A DNA stretch of 64,000 nucleotides from Elainellaceae cyanobacterium (GTDB lineage Bacteria > Cyanobacteriota > Cyanobacteriia > CAKZMO01): assembly GCA_050331115.1 (NCBI GenBank), contig JBHJHD010000010.1, positions 27,368 to 91,367 on the forward strand. The letters are read 5' to 3'. A model generated the notes under the pieces. The model saw nothing but the letters and a program-made list of their open reading frames with translations. It ran no database searches and had not been told where the DNA came from. A program made the position numbers and the translations under genes. This document shows positions 40,043 to 50,972 of the stretch, in pieces. How positions within the stretch are numbered: position 1 is the first letter of the stretch; each line of letters begins with the position of its first letter.

Positions 40043-40743
40043 GGTTTCTCTGTTCCTTTCTTTGCCCCTAGCGCTAACCCACTGGCGGAGCCAATCCCAG
40101 CGGAGGGACAGAGATCGGCCAGGTCACAGCGATCGCAGGCGGGCTTGCGGGCATCGCAGACGGCCCGTCCATGGTAGACCAGGCGGATGGACCAGTTCTC
40201 CCAGTCGGCCTGGGGCAGCAGCGGCATCAGGTCGCGCTCGACGCGCACCGGGTCTTTGTGCTCCGTCAGCCCGAGCCGGTTGCTCAGCCGCTTCACGTGG
40301 GTATCCACGGTCACCCCGGCGTTGATGCCGTAGGCGTGGGCCAGCACCACATTAGCCGTCTTGCGGGCTACGCCGGGGAGGCTCAGCATCTCCGCCATGG
40401 TGCGGGGCACCTCCCCGCCAAACTCCGCTACGATGCGACGGCAGGCCCCCTGGATGTTCTTAGCCTTATTGCGGAAAAAGCCCGTGGAGCGCACCAGAGC
40501 CTCTAGGTCGGACAGTTCAGCAGCGGCGAGGGCCGGGGCGTCGGGATAGCGAGCGAACAGGTCCGGGGTCACCTTATTCACCCGCTCGTCGGTGCACTGG
40601 GCCGAGAGGATGGTGGCCACCATGAGCTGCACAGGCGTTTCATAATCGAGCGAGCAGGGGGCCTGGGGGTAGAGCGCCTTAAGCCGCGCTAGAACCTCTA
40701 GCGCCCGCTGCTGTGGCGTGGGCTTGACTGAAGATGCGGTCAT
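40039..40743 (-). CDS. nth: Endonuclease III (DNA glycosylase/AP lyase, [4Fe-4S] cluster)
   Basis: HhH-GPD motif (LPGVARKTANVVL...VDTHVKRL); C-terminal Cx6Cx2Cx5C cluster ligands; 4-nt overlap with the U32 gene. Confidence 0.9.
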   Translation of the reverse strand: MTASSVKPTPQQRALEVLARLKALYPQAPCSLDYETPVQLMVATILSAQCTDERVNKVTPDLFARYPDAPALAAAELSDLEALVRSTGFFRNKAKNIQGACRRIVAEFGGEVPRTMAEMLSLPGVARKTANVVLAHAYGINAGVTVDTHVKRLSNRLGLTEHKDPVRVERDLMPLLPQADWENWSIRLVYHGRAVCDARKPACDRCDLADLCPSAGIGSASGLALGAKKGTEKP

Positions 40744-40843
40744 AGCAAGAACATCGGGACAGCTGTAGGACGCTGCTGGCGGCGATCGCCCGCGCGCGCT
40801 GCGCGGGAATTACTGTTACGCGCATCGCGGGGCGCTCGGGCGG

Positions 40844-41965
40844 CTACTGGAAGAATTTCTGAACCACCTCAAGCTGCGTCGTATCGCGCACGATGAGGAA
40901 GATGCCCAGCCCCAGCAGCAGCACCAGTCCCGTCTGCATGACGTTCTCCTGAAGGCGACTGGGCAGCGGCCGACCGCGCACCCCTTCTACCAGCAAAAAG
41001 GCCAGCTGGCCGCCGTCGAGGGCAGGCAAGGGCAGGATATTAATAATCGCTAGGTTAATGCTGATGATGGCGGTGAAGGGAAACAGGCGCGTAGCGTCCC
41101 GCTGCGCGAACTGGGCCCCTTGCTCCACGATCTTGACCGGCCCGGCCACCTGGTCAGCAACTTCTGAGAAGTTAGTGATGATGGAGGCAAAGCCTTGGGC
41201 GGTCTGCACCAGCGTGGCCTGAAACTCGTTGGCCGCGTATTGAAACACCTCGCCTACCCCTCTAGGGCGGCGGTATTCCATAGTGCCGTTGGGCATTAGG
41301 GCCACGCCGACGATCGCTTTATCCTGCTTTTGGCTCTGCAGCGGCGTCATTTCCAGCTCTACCCTGTCGTCGCCCCGCTGCATCGTAAAGCTCAAGGGCT
41401 GGTTAGGGCTCTCCTGAATCGCGGTCATCAGCCTTTGGGTTGCCTGCTCTCCCTCACCGAGAGATTCACCCTCAACCGCCAAGAAGATATCTCCCTGCTT
41501 GATGCCGGCCTGCAGCGCAGGTGACTTAACGCTCTGTCCCTCCGGAGTAACGACCTCGCTCTGGACGCGGGGTACCAAAACGCCGGGCGCGTAGTTGAGG
41601 GTCTCGGGGACACCAACGCTGGCAAACTGTACGACAAAAACGAGATAGGCAAACACCAGGTTGGCAATCACCCCGGCGCTGATGACGATAGCGCGATCGA
41701 GGATGGGTCGATTCTTGAGCAGGTTCTCATCACTGGGGGGAATAGTGCTCTCGGGATCGTCGTCGGGAAACCCGACAAAGCCCCCCAGGGGAAAAGCCCG
41801 CAGGGCGTATTCAGTAGTTGGTCCCTGGTAGCTCCAGAGGACAGGGCCAAACCCGATAGAGAATCGGTTGACGTGGATGCCCTGCAGCCGGGCCGCCGCA
41901 AAGTGTCCCAGCTCGTGGACAATAATCAAAAGCGCAAGAACCGAGATCGCCGCTAAGACAGACAT
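40844..41965 (-). CDS. rseP: RseP-type site-2 zinc metalloprotease (M50) with PDZ domain
   Basis: HELGHF zinc motif in TM1, PDZ segment, C-terminal LDGG motif; start trimmed to the Met preceding the first TM. Confidence 0.85.
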   Translation of the reverse strand: MSVLAAISVLALLIIVHELGHFAAARLQGIHVNRFSIGFGPVLWSYQGPTTEYALRAFPLGGFVGFPDDDPESTIPPSDENLLKNRPILDRAIVISAGVIANLVFAYLVFVVQFASVGVPETLNYAPGVLVPRVQSEVVTPEGQSVKSPALQAGIKQGDIFLAVEGESLGEGEQATQRLMTAIQESPNQPLSFTMQRGDDRVELEMTPLQSQKQDKAIVGVALMPNGTMEYRRPRGVGEVFQYAANEFQATLVQTAQGFASIITNFSEVADQVAGPVKIVEQGAQFAQRDATRLFPFTAIISINLAIINILPLPALDGGQLAFLLVEGVRGRPLPSRLQENVMQTGLVLLLGLGIFLIVRDTTQLEVVQKFFQ

Positions 41966-42044
41966 AGCTGATTTTTTGTCGTAAATATTACTTAATTTAT
42001 CTATTCTAAGCGGTCGCAATGAAATTTGCGTCAGCAGCCGGGCC

Positions 42045-42314
42045 TTAATCGTCCACAGGAACGGCGGTCACATTGATCGTGATCTCTTCGTCCGCGTCCT
42101 CATCAAACGCGCGGGAGGCTTCGGCCGGGGGCGAGATTTGCCCCAACAGCAGCCGAAACACCTGGGATAGTAAAAGGACCAGCACGACGAAGTCGTCGAT
42201 CTGACCCAAAATAGGGACAAAATCGGGGGATAGGTCAAAAGGGCTAATGACGTAAAGCAGGCTCCCGAGTAGGATAAGCCAGCGGTAGCGGGGATGAAGC
42301 CAGCGGAGATTCAT
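42045..42314 (-). CDS. Small membrane protein, DUF1232/YkvA-like
   Basis: ISPFDLSPDFVPILGQIDD motif typical of DUF1232; start uncertain (the ORF extends to 42359). Confidence 0.4.
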   Translation of the reverse strand: MNLRWLHPRYRWLILLGSLLYVISPFDLSPDFVPILGQIDDFVVLVLLLSQVFRLLLGQISPPAEASRAFDEDADEEITINVTAVPVDD

Positions 42315-42572
42315 GGCAAGACCAGTAGAGCGTGCAGCGACAGCTCGGACGGAAGGCAATCGTCAATATAGCGCTACTGATATAGCAGCGCTATATTGAC
42401 GATCTTATAACCCTAAACACCTAACTCTGGATACCGACAGATGTGATGGCTGTCCCGACCGGGACAATATGGGGCTGGAAAGCGATTAAGATTCATATGG
42501 TTGTGCCTAAGTGCAACCACCGTCGAGCGAATGGCTAGCACAGTCAATAGGACAGTCAACAGGAGGTAACGC

Positions 42573-43313
42573 GTGAATATTTGGGATCTGTTTATCAAGG
42601 GTGGGCCTGCGATGTGGCCGCTCTTGCTGCTATCAATTTTAGCCCTGAGCACGATCATCGAGCGCGTTGGGTTCTGGTCCAAGATTCTCACCCGCGAGCG
42701 CGCCATCGTAGGCCGGACGCTGGAGGCCGCTCGCCGAGACTGGAACGCGGCAAGAGATATCGCCCGGCGATCGCTAAAGCAGCCCATCGGCCGCTTTTTG
42801 AACTCCGGGTTAGACCTGCAGGACCCTGACCCTGAGGTCTTTCAGCTGGCGCTGCAGACCTCCGCCGACGAGGAGCTAGCCGCCATGCGGCGCGGGGATA
42901 AAATTCTAGAAACCGTGATTGCCCTATCCCCCTTGCTGGGTCTGCTGGGCACGGTGCTAGGCCTGATCAATTCCCTCGGGGCCATTCGCATCGGCGACAT
43001 CGTCTCTGGCTCAAACGTTGAGGTGACGCTGGGAATTTCGGAGGCGCTGATTAGCACCGCTTTTGGCCTCATCGTGGCGATTATGAGTCTCGCGTTCTAC
43101 CGCATCTTTCAAGGACTGATCACCGGACAAATCAAGGTATTCCGCCGCGCCGCCAACGAGTTAGAGCTGCTCTACCGCAAGAGCTGGTCCCGCAAGCAGC
43201 GCAATGGAAACGTCGCTAGCGCAGCGTCCCTGCCGGCGAGCGCGGACTATACCACCGCTGAATCGCCTAGCGCGTCCCTACCAAATCCCTCGACGCCCAA
43301 TCCCTCTATATAA
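42573..43313 (+). CDS. exbB: MotA/TolQ/ExbB-family proton channel
   Basis: Three TM segments with the conserved C-terminal ExbB/TolQ region (LGLLGTVLGLINSLGAI...). Confidence 0.8.
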   Translation: MNIWDLFIKGGPAMWPLLLLSILALSTIIERVGFWSKILTRERAIVGRTLEAARRDWNAARDIARRSLKQPIGRFLNSGLDLQDPDPEVFQLALQTSADEELAAMRRGDKILETVIALSPLLGLLGTVLGLINSLGAIRIGDIVSGSNVEVTLGISEALISTAFGLIVAIMSLAFYRIFQGLITGQIKVFRRAANELELLYRKSWSRKQRNGNVASAASLPASADYTTAESPSASLPNPSTPNPSI

Positions 43314-43445
43314 ACTTCCAAATAGGCTAAATTCCTCAAACAGACCCAACCACGGCGACTTCTGTAAAAGGCGATTGTAAAAAGGCGATTGTAAAAAGGC
43401 GATCGCCAGCCCGAGTAACCCACCCCTTACCACAGCTCTAGACCC

Positions 43446-44024
43446 ATGAGAACCGACTGGGACGCCCAAGGCGAAGACATCCGCATCGAGATTCTGCCGC
43501 TAATTGACGTTATCTTCTGCATTTTGACCTTCTTTATCCTGGCGGCGGTCACGCTGACGCGTCAGTCGACCATCGGCGTCGATCTGCCCCAGGCAACAAC
43601 GGGAACTACGCAAATGCGCGAGATGCTGATTGTCAGCGTCGACCCCATTGGCCAGCTCTACCTGGAGCAAGACCCGATCAGCGAAGCGGAACTGACCCAG
43701 GCCCTGAGCGACTATCTTTCCCTGAGGCCAGAGGGGATTGTGGTGCTATACGCGTCGCGGCTCGCGCAGTACAACGACGTAGTTGAGGTACTGGATCTGC
43801 TGCGCGCCATCGGCGGCGAGCGCATTGCCCTGGCCACGCTGCCGGAGACAGGCCAGCCGGACGCTGCGGAAACGGGGCTACCCGAAATCGATACGTTTGA
43901 CCTAGAGCTAAACTTGGACACGGAGGGGCTGGACCTGCCCGACCTGCCGGGTGGAGACGATGTCGAAGGCCAGACTGGACCGGCAGGGTCGCTCGAAGGG
44001 CAGCCCGAGGGCGCACAGGAATAG
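43446..44024 (+). CDS. exbD: ExbD/TolR-family protein with an acidic C-terminal tail
   Basis: N-terminal ILPLIDVIFCILTFFIL TM segment plus a periplasmic ExbD domain; D/E-rich tail. Confidence 0.8.
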   Translation: MRTDWDAQGEDIRIEILPLIDVIFCILTFFILAAVTLTRQSTIGVDLPQATTGTTQMREMLIVSVDPIGQLYLEQDPISEAELTQALSDYLSLRPEGIVVLYASRLAQYNDVVEVLDLLRAIGGERIALATLPETGQPDAAETGLPEIDTFDLELNLDTEGLDLPDLPGGDDVEGQTGPAGSLEGQPEGAQE

Positions 44025-45053
44025 CTACCTCACTTCTATCGACTCTTGAATGAACTGGATTGCAGGCGTCAGTGTTTCAAGCGCTTCCGCATTTCCCTGA
44101 ACCAGCAGCCGGATATAGAAACCGTCTGGAAGTATGGCGAAATACTGCAGTACCGCAGCATCCTGTAATGTTGCCCGGGTCAAGTAGCCTTCTCCCCCCG
44201 CAAAATCGATCGGCGTCTGCGCGATGATATTGGCTTCGGTAAACCCTCTGGTCTCCTGCAATAGCTGACTAGAAAAAGCCGCTAGGTCAAAAGTTTCCAC
44301 CGGACTTACGGAACTGGCAATGACGATGAATGGCTCTGTCCCCGAAGCATCGGGCTCGCCGCTCGGACTCAGTAAGACGCTCGAGCCGGCCAGAGTCTGG
44401 ACGACCTGAAAGGGCGGCGCGGTCTGGAACGTAAAGGGGAGGGAGGCCAAGCTTTCTTGAAGCGAAGCTGCCGAGGCAAGGTTGACCGACCTGACCGTTT
44501 CGACCACGGCTGCTTTGCTGAGAGGGTCACCCTCAATCACGTTAAAGGTAAGTAAAATCGTGCGCTCCCCAGACAGCAGGGTGAAATATTTTCTAACCTG
44601 CAGGCCACCCGCAGACTGAGTGCCTTCCACGAAAGGAGCCTGAGCGTCTCCAGCTGAGATGTTGGACACAGCCTCAACCTGAAGCGCAATTCCGCGGCTT
44701 GCAAAGGCTTCAGCGATCGCATCAGGCGCGGCAGAAAATAGCGCGGCTAATTCGAGGTAGGCTTCTGGCGGCAGCTCAGTCAGCACGATACTAGAGCGGG
44801 TATCTGGGTTGATGAACCCTGAGAACTGCTCAGAGAGCACAAACCCCTCGGGGGGGGAGAGCGCTAGGCTCGTGCCGGGGATTGAAACCAATTCTGCGGC
44901 ATCCGCTTTGGCCGCTGCTTCTGAGCAGCCCAGCTCACATTGGGCTAGGCCACCCGAGCGCGCAGGCTCAAGCGAACGGGCAGGCAAAGCTGAGGTGATC
45001 GCAGCTGTGGCGCAGGCTGCGATCGCGAGCAATTGATATCGTTTTCCAGACAT
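44025..45053 (-). CDS. Secreted hypothetical protein (signal peptide)
   Basis: N-terminal signal peptide (LLAIAACATAAITSALPA); no recognisable domain; convergent with exbD with zero spacing. Confidence 0.4.
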   Translation of the reverse strand: MSGKRYQLLAIAACATAAITSALPARSLEPARSGGLAQCELGCSEAAAKADAAELVSIPGTSLALSPPEGFVLSEQFSGFINPDTRSSIVLTELPPEAYLELAALFSAAPDAIAEAFASRGIALQVEAVSNISAGDAQAPFVEGTQSAGGLQVRKYFTLLSGERTILLTFNVIEGDPLSKAAVVETVRSVNLASAASLQESLASLPFTFQTAPPFQVVQTLAGSSVLLSPSGEPDASGTEPFIVIASSVSPVETFDLAAFSSQLLQETRGFTEANIIAQTPIDFAGGEGYLTRATLQDAAVLQYFAILPDGFYIRLLVQGNAEALETLTPAIQFIQESIEVR

Positions 45054-45136
45054 GATCTAGCGCTTAAAGTAAATGCCCAATGATAGGCCAGCCTGCGCCA
45101 AAATACCCGCCTTTGAGTGCTCCGTTATTCAAAACT

Positions 45137-46990
45137 TTATGACGCCACCCGCGCCGACCGCGATAGCTCAAACGCCTCATGCACGGCTTTCAGCGCCGCT
45201 GTGCCGTCCGTCTCCGCCACCACACAGGTAATCTTAATCTCAGAAGTGGCAATCATCTGAATATTGATCTGCCGCTCCGCCAGCGCCGTAAACATGCGGG
45301 CCGCCACCCCGGGCTGACCCATCATCCCCGCCCCCACCACGCTTACTTTGGCGATCGCCGTATCGATGGTGACGTCGTAGGTCCCTAAATCCGACGCGAT
45401 GCCCTGCAGCGCCGCCTGAGCCACCGCCGCATCCGCCTGCGACACCGTAAAGGCAATGTCGCGGGTGGCGACCCCTTCCACCAGGCGGCAGCGCTGCGAC
45501 TGAATAATTGTGTCTACGCTGATGTAGCGGTCGGCCAGCGTTGTGAAAATTAGCGACGCCATGCCTGGCCGATCGGGCACGTGACGAATGGCTACTCGCG
45601 CCTGCTTGAGGTCTAGGGCGACGCCACGAACGGGGGCGACGCCACGAACGGGAGGCTTATCCCCTAAATCACTTGAAGCCGCTGCTTGGTTCACCGCTTC
45701 AGGGGGGCTGGGCAGATAAGACTGCTTGATGTTGAATTTACGGCAGAGCACTTCCACCGCGCGATCGCAGTCATCGGCGCGAATAGCGCAGCTCACCTTC
45801 ACCTCCGAGGTGGAGATCATGCTGATGTTCACTCCCACCTCCGCCAGAGCGGCAAACATTTGGGCCGCTACCCCAGGCCGACCGATCATCCCCGCCCCCA
45901 CCACGCTAATCTTGGCCGTGCGCCGATCGGTAACTACCTCCGCTTGATCGAGGCAGGTGGACGACTGGCGCAGCGTGGGCGTCAGGGCATCCGCCACAGA
46001 CTCAGCCCGGTTGACGCTGCGGTGGTCCACCGTGAAGGCAATGTCGTTTAGGTTGCCGTCGTGGATGGACTGGATAATCAGATCGACGTCTAGGTTCTGG
46101 GCGGCAATTTCGCCAAAGAGGCAGGCGGCGATGCCTGGACGGTCGGGGATGCGCAGCATGGCGATCTTGGCCTGGTTGGGGTCGACCTCAATGGCGTCAA
46201 TCGGGTTGGCCAGCTCGATGCTGTTGAGCGATCGCGGCTGCAGCAGCGGCGAGAGCACCCGGGTGCCCGGCTCATCGGTCCAGCTCGAGCGCACCACCAG
46301 GGTCAAACCATAGTTGCGGGCGATCTCTACGGCGCGGGGATGCAGCACCTTGGCCCCCAGGCTGGCCATCTCCAGCATTTCGTCGGCGGTAATCTCGTCC
46401 ATGAGCTGCGCGTTGGGCACTAGCCTCGGGTCCGTCGTCAAGATGCCGGGGACGTCGGTATAGATTTCGCAGGCTTCGGCTCCTAGCGCGGCGGCAAGGG
46501 CCACCGCAGAGGTGTCGGAGCCGCCGCGCCCCAGGGTGGTAATCTCCAAATGGTCGTCTACATCGCTTTGGGCAATGCCCTGAAACCCCGCCACCACGAC
46601 AATGGAGCGCTCCGACAGATGGCGCTGAATGCGCTCGACGCGAATCTGTGCAATGCGCGCCCGGGTGTGGGCCGCCTCGGTGACGATGCCCACCTGCGCC
46701 CCGGTGAGGGACACCGCCGGGTGCCCCTGGGCCTGAATAGCCATACTTAGCAGGGCAATAGACACCTGCTCCCCGGTGGAGAGCAGCATGTCCATCTCGC
46801 GGCGGCTAGGGTCTGGAGTAATTTGGTTCGCGAGGCCCATCAGCTGGTCGGTGGTCTTGCCCATGGCCGACACCACCACCACCAGTGGGTGTCCCGCTGC
46901 GGCGGTGCGAATCGCGCGATCGGCCACCGCCTGGATGCGCTCTACGGTGCCTACGGAGGTGCCGCCAAATTTCTGAACGATGAGTCCCAT
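45137..46990 (-). CDS. lysC: Aspartate kinase, cyanobacterial long form with duplicated ACT regulatory modules
   Basis: [11 protein letters not shown]...[12 protein letters not shown] kinase motifs; 617 aa with a repeated ACT region. Confidence 0.9.
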   Translation of the reverse strand: MGLIVQKFGGTSVGTVERIQAVADRAIRTAAAGHPLVVVVSAMGKTTDQLMGLANQITPDPSRREMDMLLSTGEQVSIALLSMAIQAQGHPAVSLTGAQVGIVTEAAHTRARIAQIRVERIQRHLSERSIVVVAGFQGIAQSDVDDHLEITTLGRGGSDTSAVALAAALGAEACEIYTDVPGILTTDPRLVPNAQLMDEITADEMLEMASLGAKVLHPRAVEIARNYGLTLVVRSSWTDEPGTRVLSPLLQPRSLNSIELANPIDAIEVDPNQAKIAMLRIPDRPGIAACLFGEIAAQNLDVDLIIQSIHDGNLNDIAFTVDHRSVNRAESVADALTPTLRQSSTCLDQAEVVTDRRTAKISVVGAGMIGRPGVAAQMFAALAEVGVNISMISTSEVKVSCAIRADDCDRAVEVLCRKFNIKQSYLPSPPEAVNQAAASSDLGDKPPVRGVAPVRGVALDLKQARVAIRHVPDRPGMASLIFTTLADRYISVDTIIQSQRCRLVEGVATRDIAFTVSQADAAVAQAALQGIASDLGTYDVTIDTAIAKVSVVGAGMMGQPGVAARMFTALAERQINIQMIATSEIKITCVVAETDGTAALKAVHEAFELSRSARVAS

Positions 46991-47116
46991 AGTTTTGATG
47001 CAGTCTTGATGCGTTGCAGGCCAGATTAACCCTAGTAATCTTTAATCCTGGTAATCTAATGTATCATCATCGATCGGCAACCTTTGCCACCTTGTAGCAG
47101 TAGGTCACAAACCGCC

Positions 47117-48568
47117 ATGGCACTGATTATTGCAGGCGATCGCAGCGGCGTCGGCAAGACCACAATTACCCTGGCGCTGCTGGCCTGCCTGCGTCATCTG
47201 TTTCCGCACCAGAGGGTCCAAAGCTTTAAGGTGGGGCCAGACTATATCGACCCTATGTTTCACGCCGCTATTACGGGGCGGGCCTGCCGCAACCTCGACC
47301 CGGTGCTCACCTCAGAGGGCTACGTGCGGCAGTGCTTTACGTCTCACAGCCAGACCGCCCACTACAGCCTGGTGGAAGGGGTCATGGGCCTGTTCGACGG
47401 CGCTGGGGCCACCGATACCGCCAGCACCGCCCACGTCGCCAAGCTGCTGGGGCTGCCGGTGCTGCTGGTGCTTGATGCCCAGCGCACCTCTCGCTCCATT
47501 GCCGCTCTGGTCCACGGGTTCCGCAGCTTCGACCCTGACGTCACCCTGGCGGGGGTGGTGCTCAACCGGGTGGGCAGCGATCGCCACCGCGAGCTGCTCG
47601 AAGCGGTGATGCGGTCTATCGGTATGCCCGTGCTGGGGGTGCTGGGGCGAGAGACCGCGATCGCCATTCCCAGCCGCCATCTAGGTCTAGTCCCTACGGC
47701 TGAGCTGACTCTGCAGCCTGTGCTAGAGCGGCTGATTCAGCTCGGTAAAGCGGCGTTTGACTGGGCGCGCCTGCTGCCGCTGCTGACTAGCCCTACCCGC
47801 CCACTGTCGGCGCAGCCTCTCCAACAGGAAAAAACCCAGCTTACTCCTGAAGTCCAAGAGCCATCGCAACCACCGCTGCGGCTCGCCCTAGCCTCAGACG
47901 CCGCATTCAGCTTTTACTACGCCGACAACCTAGACTTACTCTCACATCAGGCGGAAATCGTCCCTTGGAGCCCCTTGCGCGGCGCGCTGCCCGCCAATAT
48001 TCACGGGCTATACCTCGGGGGCGGCTTCCCCGAAGTCTTTGCCGACGAGCTAGCGGCCAACCAAGCCGCGCTCAGCCAGCTGCGCCAGCTCGCCGGTGGT
48101 GGCCTGCCCATCTACGCCGAATGCGGCGGGCTGATGTACCTCTGCGAGACGCTAACGGACCTCGAGGGGACCCCGCACCCCATGGCAGGTCTGATTCCGG
48201 CAATTGTGGCCATGGGGGCTCGCCTCACCCTGGGCTATCGCCGGGCGACCGCCTTAGCCGACACGCCGCTGGTCGCGCCTAGCGCGGTTCTCTGGGGTCA
48301 CGAGTTCCACCACTCCCAAGTCAAGTGGCGATCGCCCCTAAGCCCATCAGCCGCCACCCCAGCGCTAGCGAAAACGCCACTGTTCGCCCTACGGCGGTTC
48401 GATCAGCTACCCCACCAGCCGCCCTTGGCCCACGAAGGCTGGCATACATCGACCCTGCACGCCTCCTATCTGCACCTGCACTGGGGGGCAACGCCCCATC
48501 TCCCCCAGCGATTTCTCAGAAATTGCCGCTGCTACGCTGATCAGAATCACGTCTTAGGGGTGATGTAG
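47117..48568 (+). CDS. cbiA: Cobyrinic acid a,c-diamide synthase
   Basis: ALIIAGDRSGVGKTTITLALL P-loop and a C-terminal glutamine amidotransferase domain; start trimmed from 47084 to the internal Met. Confidence 0.85.
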   Translation: MALIIAGDRSGVGKTTITLALLACLRHLFPHQRVQSFKVGPDYIDPMFHAAITGRACRNLDPVLTSEGYVRQCFTSHSQTAHYSLVEGVMGLFDGAGATDTASTAHVAKLLGLPVLLVLDAQRTSRSIAALVHGFRSFDPDVTLAGVVLNRVGSDRHRELLEAVMRSIGMPVLGVLGRETAIAIPSRHLGLVPTAELTLQPVLERLIQLGKAAFDWARLLPLLTSPTRPLSAQPLQQEKTQLTPEVQEPSQPPLRLALASDAAFSFYYADNLDLLSHQAEIVPWSPLRGALPANIHGLYLGGGFPEVFADELAANQAALSQLRQLAGGGLPIYAECGGLMYLCETLTDLEGTPHPMAGLIPAIVAMGARLTLGYRRATALADTPLVAPSAVLWGHEFHHSQVKWRSPLSPSAATPALAKTPLFALRRFDQLPHQPPLAHEGWHTSTLHASYLHLHWGATPHLPQRFLRNCRCYADQNHVLGVM

Positions 48569-48630
48569 CCTAGCGGGGCGGGCAACGGTCTCATCCATAC
48601 TAGGGTCAAGAGAGGCATTGGTATGGAGCT

Positions 48631-48831
48631 ATGGAAAAGCAAACGAGCAACGCTAAAAAGACAACAGCAATGACGCGACTGCTGCAGGCGGCTGTGCTGA
48701 CGTTGCTGCTCCACTTCGTGGCCCAGCTCTACCCGTCGGCGCTGGTGCGCACCTCCGCTGCTCCCCAGGTGAACGATACACTGCTGGCCTGGCAGCTGAT
48801 CTCAGATCGCAGCGACGCACCCGCTCGCTAA
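48631..48831 (+). CDS. Small hydrophobic hypothetical protein
   Basis: 66-aa ORF with one hydrophobic helix; no other support. Confidence 0.2.
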   Translation: MEKQTSNAKKTTAMTRLLQAAVLTLLLHFVAQLYPSALVRTSAAPQVNDTLLAWQLISDRSDAPAR

Positions 48832-48880
48832 CTCGCTACTATGGTGGCGTAACCCAGCCACCTACCCACCGTAGTCCCCT

Positions 48881-50257
48881 ATGGTAGATCTTCTCAACCG
48901 CCCTGCCCCTGCGCTGCCAGTGGGGCCTCGCAGCGTCCCCGCGCTGCAGATTATCAACTGGATTCAGCGGCCCTACCCTTTTTTAGACGACTGCGTTCGT
49001 CAGTTTGGCGACACCTTTACCGTTCGCCTGGGGGTCCTAGAGCCCATCGTCTTTTGCAGTCACCCCAAGAGCATTCAAGCGATCTTTCGCGCCGGACCTA
49101 ACCGCTTCACGGCAGGCGCAAACAACCAAATCTTGCAGGTGCTCGTGGGAGACGCCTCGATTCTGCTGCTAGACGGCGATCGCCACCGCCGCCAGCGCCA
49201 GCTTTTGATGCCCCCCTTCCACGGGGAGCGCATGAGAGCCTATGGCACCACCATCCACGACATCACCACCCATGTCTCCCAGGCGTGGCGCGAGGGCGAT
49301 CGCATCCCCGTGCGACCCGCCATGCAGGACATTTCCCTACGGGTTATCCTAGAGGCCGTTTTTGGCCTGCACGAGGGAGAAGACCTAGAGCGGCTGGCCG
49401 AGCTCACCAGCGGCATGCTCGACGTCACCAGCGCTCCCCTCAGCTCGTCGATGCTGTTCTTCCCGTGGCTGCAGCGGGATTTGGGCGCTTGGAGCCCCTG
49501 GGGCCAGTTTCTCCAGCGGCGATCGCAGATTGACGTCATCCTCTACCGGCAGATTGCGGCGCGGCGGCGGGCCATTCAGGCGGGCGAGGGCTTGGGCAGC
49601 GACATCTTGTCTATGCTGCTGGCGGCGCGGGACGAGGCCGGAAACGGTATGACGGACCTGGAGCTGCGGGATGAGCTGATGACCCTGCTGCTGGCGGGCC
49701 ACGAGACGACGGCGTCATCCCTGGCCTGGGCGCTGTACTGGATGCACCAGGACCCGCAAGTTGTCGCCACTTTAAAAGATGAGCTGGCGGGCGTCGCGGG
49801 CGACCTGCTAGAGACGCTGCAGCTGCCCTACTTAAACGCCGTGTGTCAGGAGGCGCTGCGGCTCTACCCTGTGGTGCCCATCGGCTTTCCCCGCCGCGTT
49901 ATGGAGGAGCCTTTTGAAATCGAAGGCCATACCCTCCCGGTGGGCAGCCTGGTATCCCCCTGCATCTACCTCACCCACCACAGGCCTGACCTCTACCCCG
50001 ACCCCAAGCGCTTTCGCCCCGAGCGCTTTTTAGAGCGCCAGTTCTCGGGCTCTGAGTTCATTCCCTTTGGCGGCGGCAACCGTCAGTGCGTCGGCATGGC
50101 CTTTGCCCTCTTCGAGATGAAGCTGGTGCTGGCCACGCTGCTGAAACGCTACAGGTTCACTTTAGATCAGGCCCAGGCGCTAAAACCCGTGCGCCGCGGC
50201 CTTACCGTCGCGCCACCTGCCTTTCAGCTTACGGTCGCGCAGCGCCTAGATGGGTAG
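48881..50257 (+). CDS. Cytochrome P450
   Basis: Heme-binding loop [14 protein letters not shown], ExxR (EALRLYP), I-helix AGHETT. Confidence 0.85.
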   Translation: MVDLLNRPAPALPVGPRSVPALQIINWIQRPYPFLDDCVRQFGDTFTVRLGVLEPIVFCSHPKSIQAIFRAGPNRFTAGANNQILQVLVGDASILLLDGDRHRRQRQLLMPPFHGERMRAYGTTIHDITTHVSQAWREGDRIPVRPAMQDISLRVILEAVFGLHEGEDLERLAELTSGMLDVTSAPLSSSMLFFPWLQRDLGAWSPWGQFLQRRSQIDVILYRQIAARRRAIQAGEGLGSDILSMLLAARDEAGNGMTDLELRDELMTLLLAGHETTASSLAWALYWMHQDPQVVATLKDELAGVAGDLLETLQLPYLNAVCQEALRLYPVVPIGFPRRVMEEPFEIEGHTLPVGSLVSPCIYLTHHRPDLYPDPKRFRPERFLERQFSGSEFIPFGGGNRQCVGMAFALFEMKLVLATLLKRYRFTLDQAQALKPVRRGLTVAPPAFQLTVAQRLDG

Positions 50258-50972
50258 CGATCGCCCGACCTTATGCCTGCTCTACTGCCCTGGCCAGATC
50301 GACTACCAAATCGCCTGGAGCTGGCAGCGATCGCTCCTAAACCAGCGGCGGCAAAATCCAGACCTGCCCGATCTGCTGCTGCTGCTAGAGCACCCGCCCA
50401 CCTATACTCTGGGCCAGGGCTCCTCTCTAGAATTCCTTAAATTTGATCCGCAGCAGAGCGACATAGCGCTCTTTCGCACGGAGCGGGGCGGCGAGGTGAC
50501 CTACCACGGGCCGGGGCAGCTGGTGGGCTACCCGATTTTGAACTTACGCCGCCACCGCCCCGACCTGCACTGGTATCTACGCCAGCTTGAGGAGGTGATT
50601 ATTCGGGCGATCGCCCCTTGGGGCCTGCGCGGCGCGCGCGAGGCTGGGCTAACCGGCGTTTGGGTGAACGGTGAAAAGATGGCGGCCATCGGCATCAAGG
50701 CCAGCCGCTGGATTACCATGCACGGCTTTGCGATCAACGTCTGCCCTAGTCTGGCGGCGTTTGAGAACATTGTGCCCTGCGGCATCGGCGATCGCTCCGT
50801 AGGCAGTCTGCAGCGCTGGGTATCAGACATTGAGGTAGGGGCGGTGCGGCAGTCGGTCTGCCGCTCGTTTGAGGAAGTGTTTGACCTACAGCTGCAGGAG
50901 GTTCCAGAATTAAATCTAAGCCTTGACCTTCTAGGCGTTGACCCCCTGCACGTTAGCCATAGCTTGCCATGA
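50250..50972 (+). CDS. lipB: Lipoyl(octanoyl) transferase
   Basis: [17 protein letters not shown] and KxxAIG-type motifs; overlaps the P450 stop by 8 nt. Confidence 0.85.
   Translation: MGSDRPTLCLLYCPGQIDYQIAWSWQRSLLNQRRQNPDLPDLLLLLEHPPTYTLGQGSSLEFLKFDPQQSDIALFRTERGGEVTYHGPGQLVGYPILNLRRHRPDLHWYLRQLEEVIIRAIAPWGLRGAREAGLTGVWVNGEKMAAIGIKASRWITMHGFAINVCPSLAAFENIVPCGIGDRSVGSLQRWVSDIEVGAVRQSVCRSFEEVFDLQLQEVPELNLSLDLLGVDPLHVSHSLP

Noticed and set aside
43366-43410. Short tandem repeat (aaaggcgattgta)x2.5 between exbB and exbD
   Set aside because: Only 2-3 units in an intergenic spacer; no evident function, and it includes a HIP1 site; likely slippage noise.
46990-47117. Possible cobalamin riboswitch upstream of cbiA or lysine riboswitch upstream of lysC
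   Set aside because: The shared intergenic region is only about 127 nt, too short for either riboswitch class, and no conserved B12-box or L-box-like motif was seen.
47130-47680. ORFs in alternative frames of the cbiA 5' region (47130-47609 plus; 47312-47680 and 47362-47667 minus)
   Set aside because: Out-of-frame or antisense to a well-supported CbiA N-terminus with a P-loop; compositionally biased.
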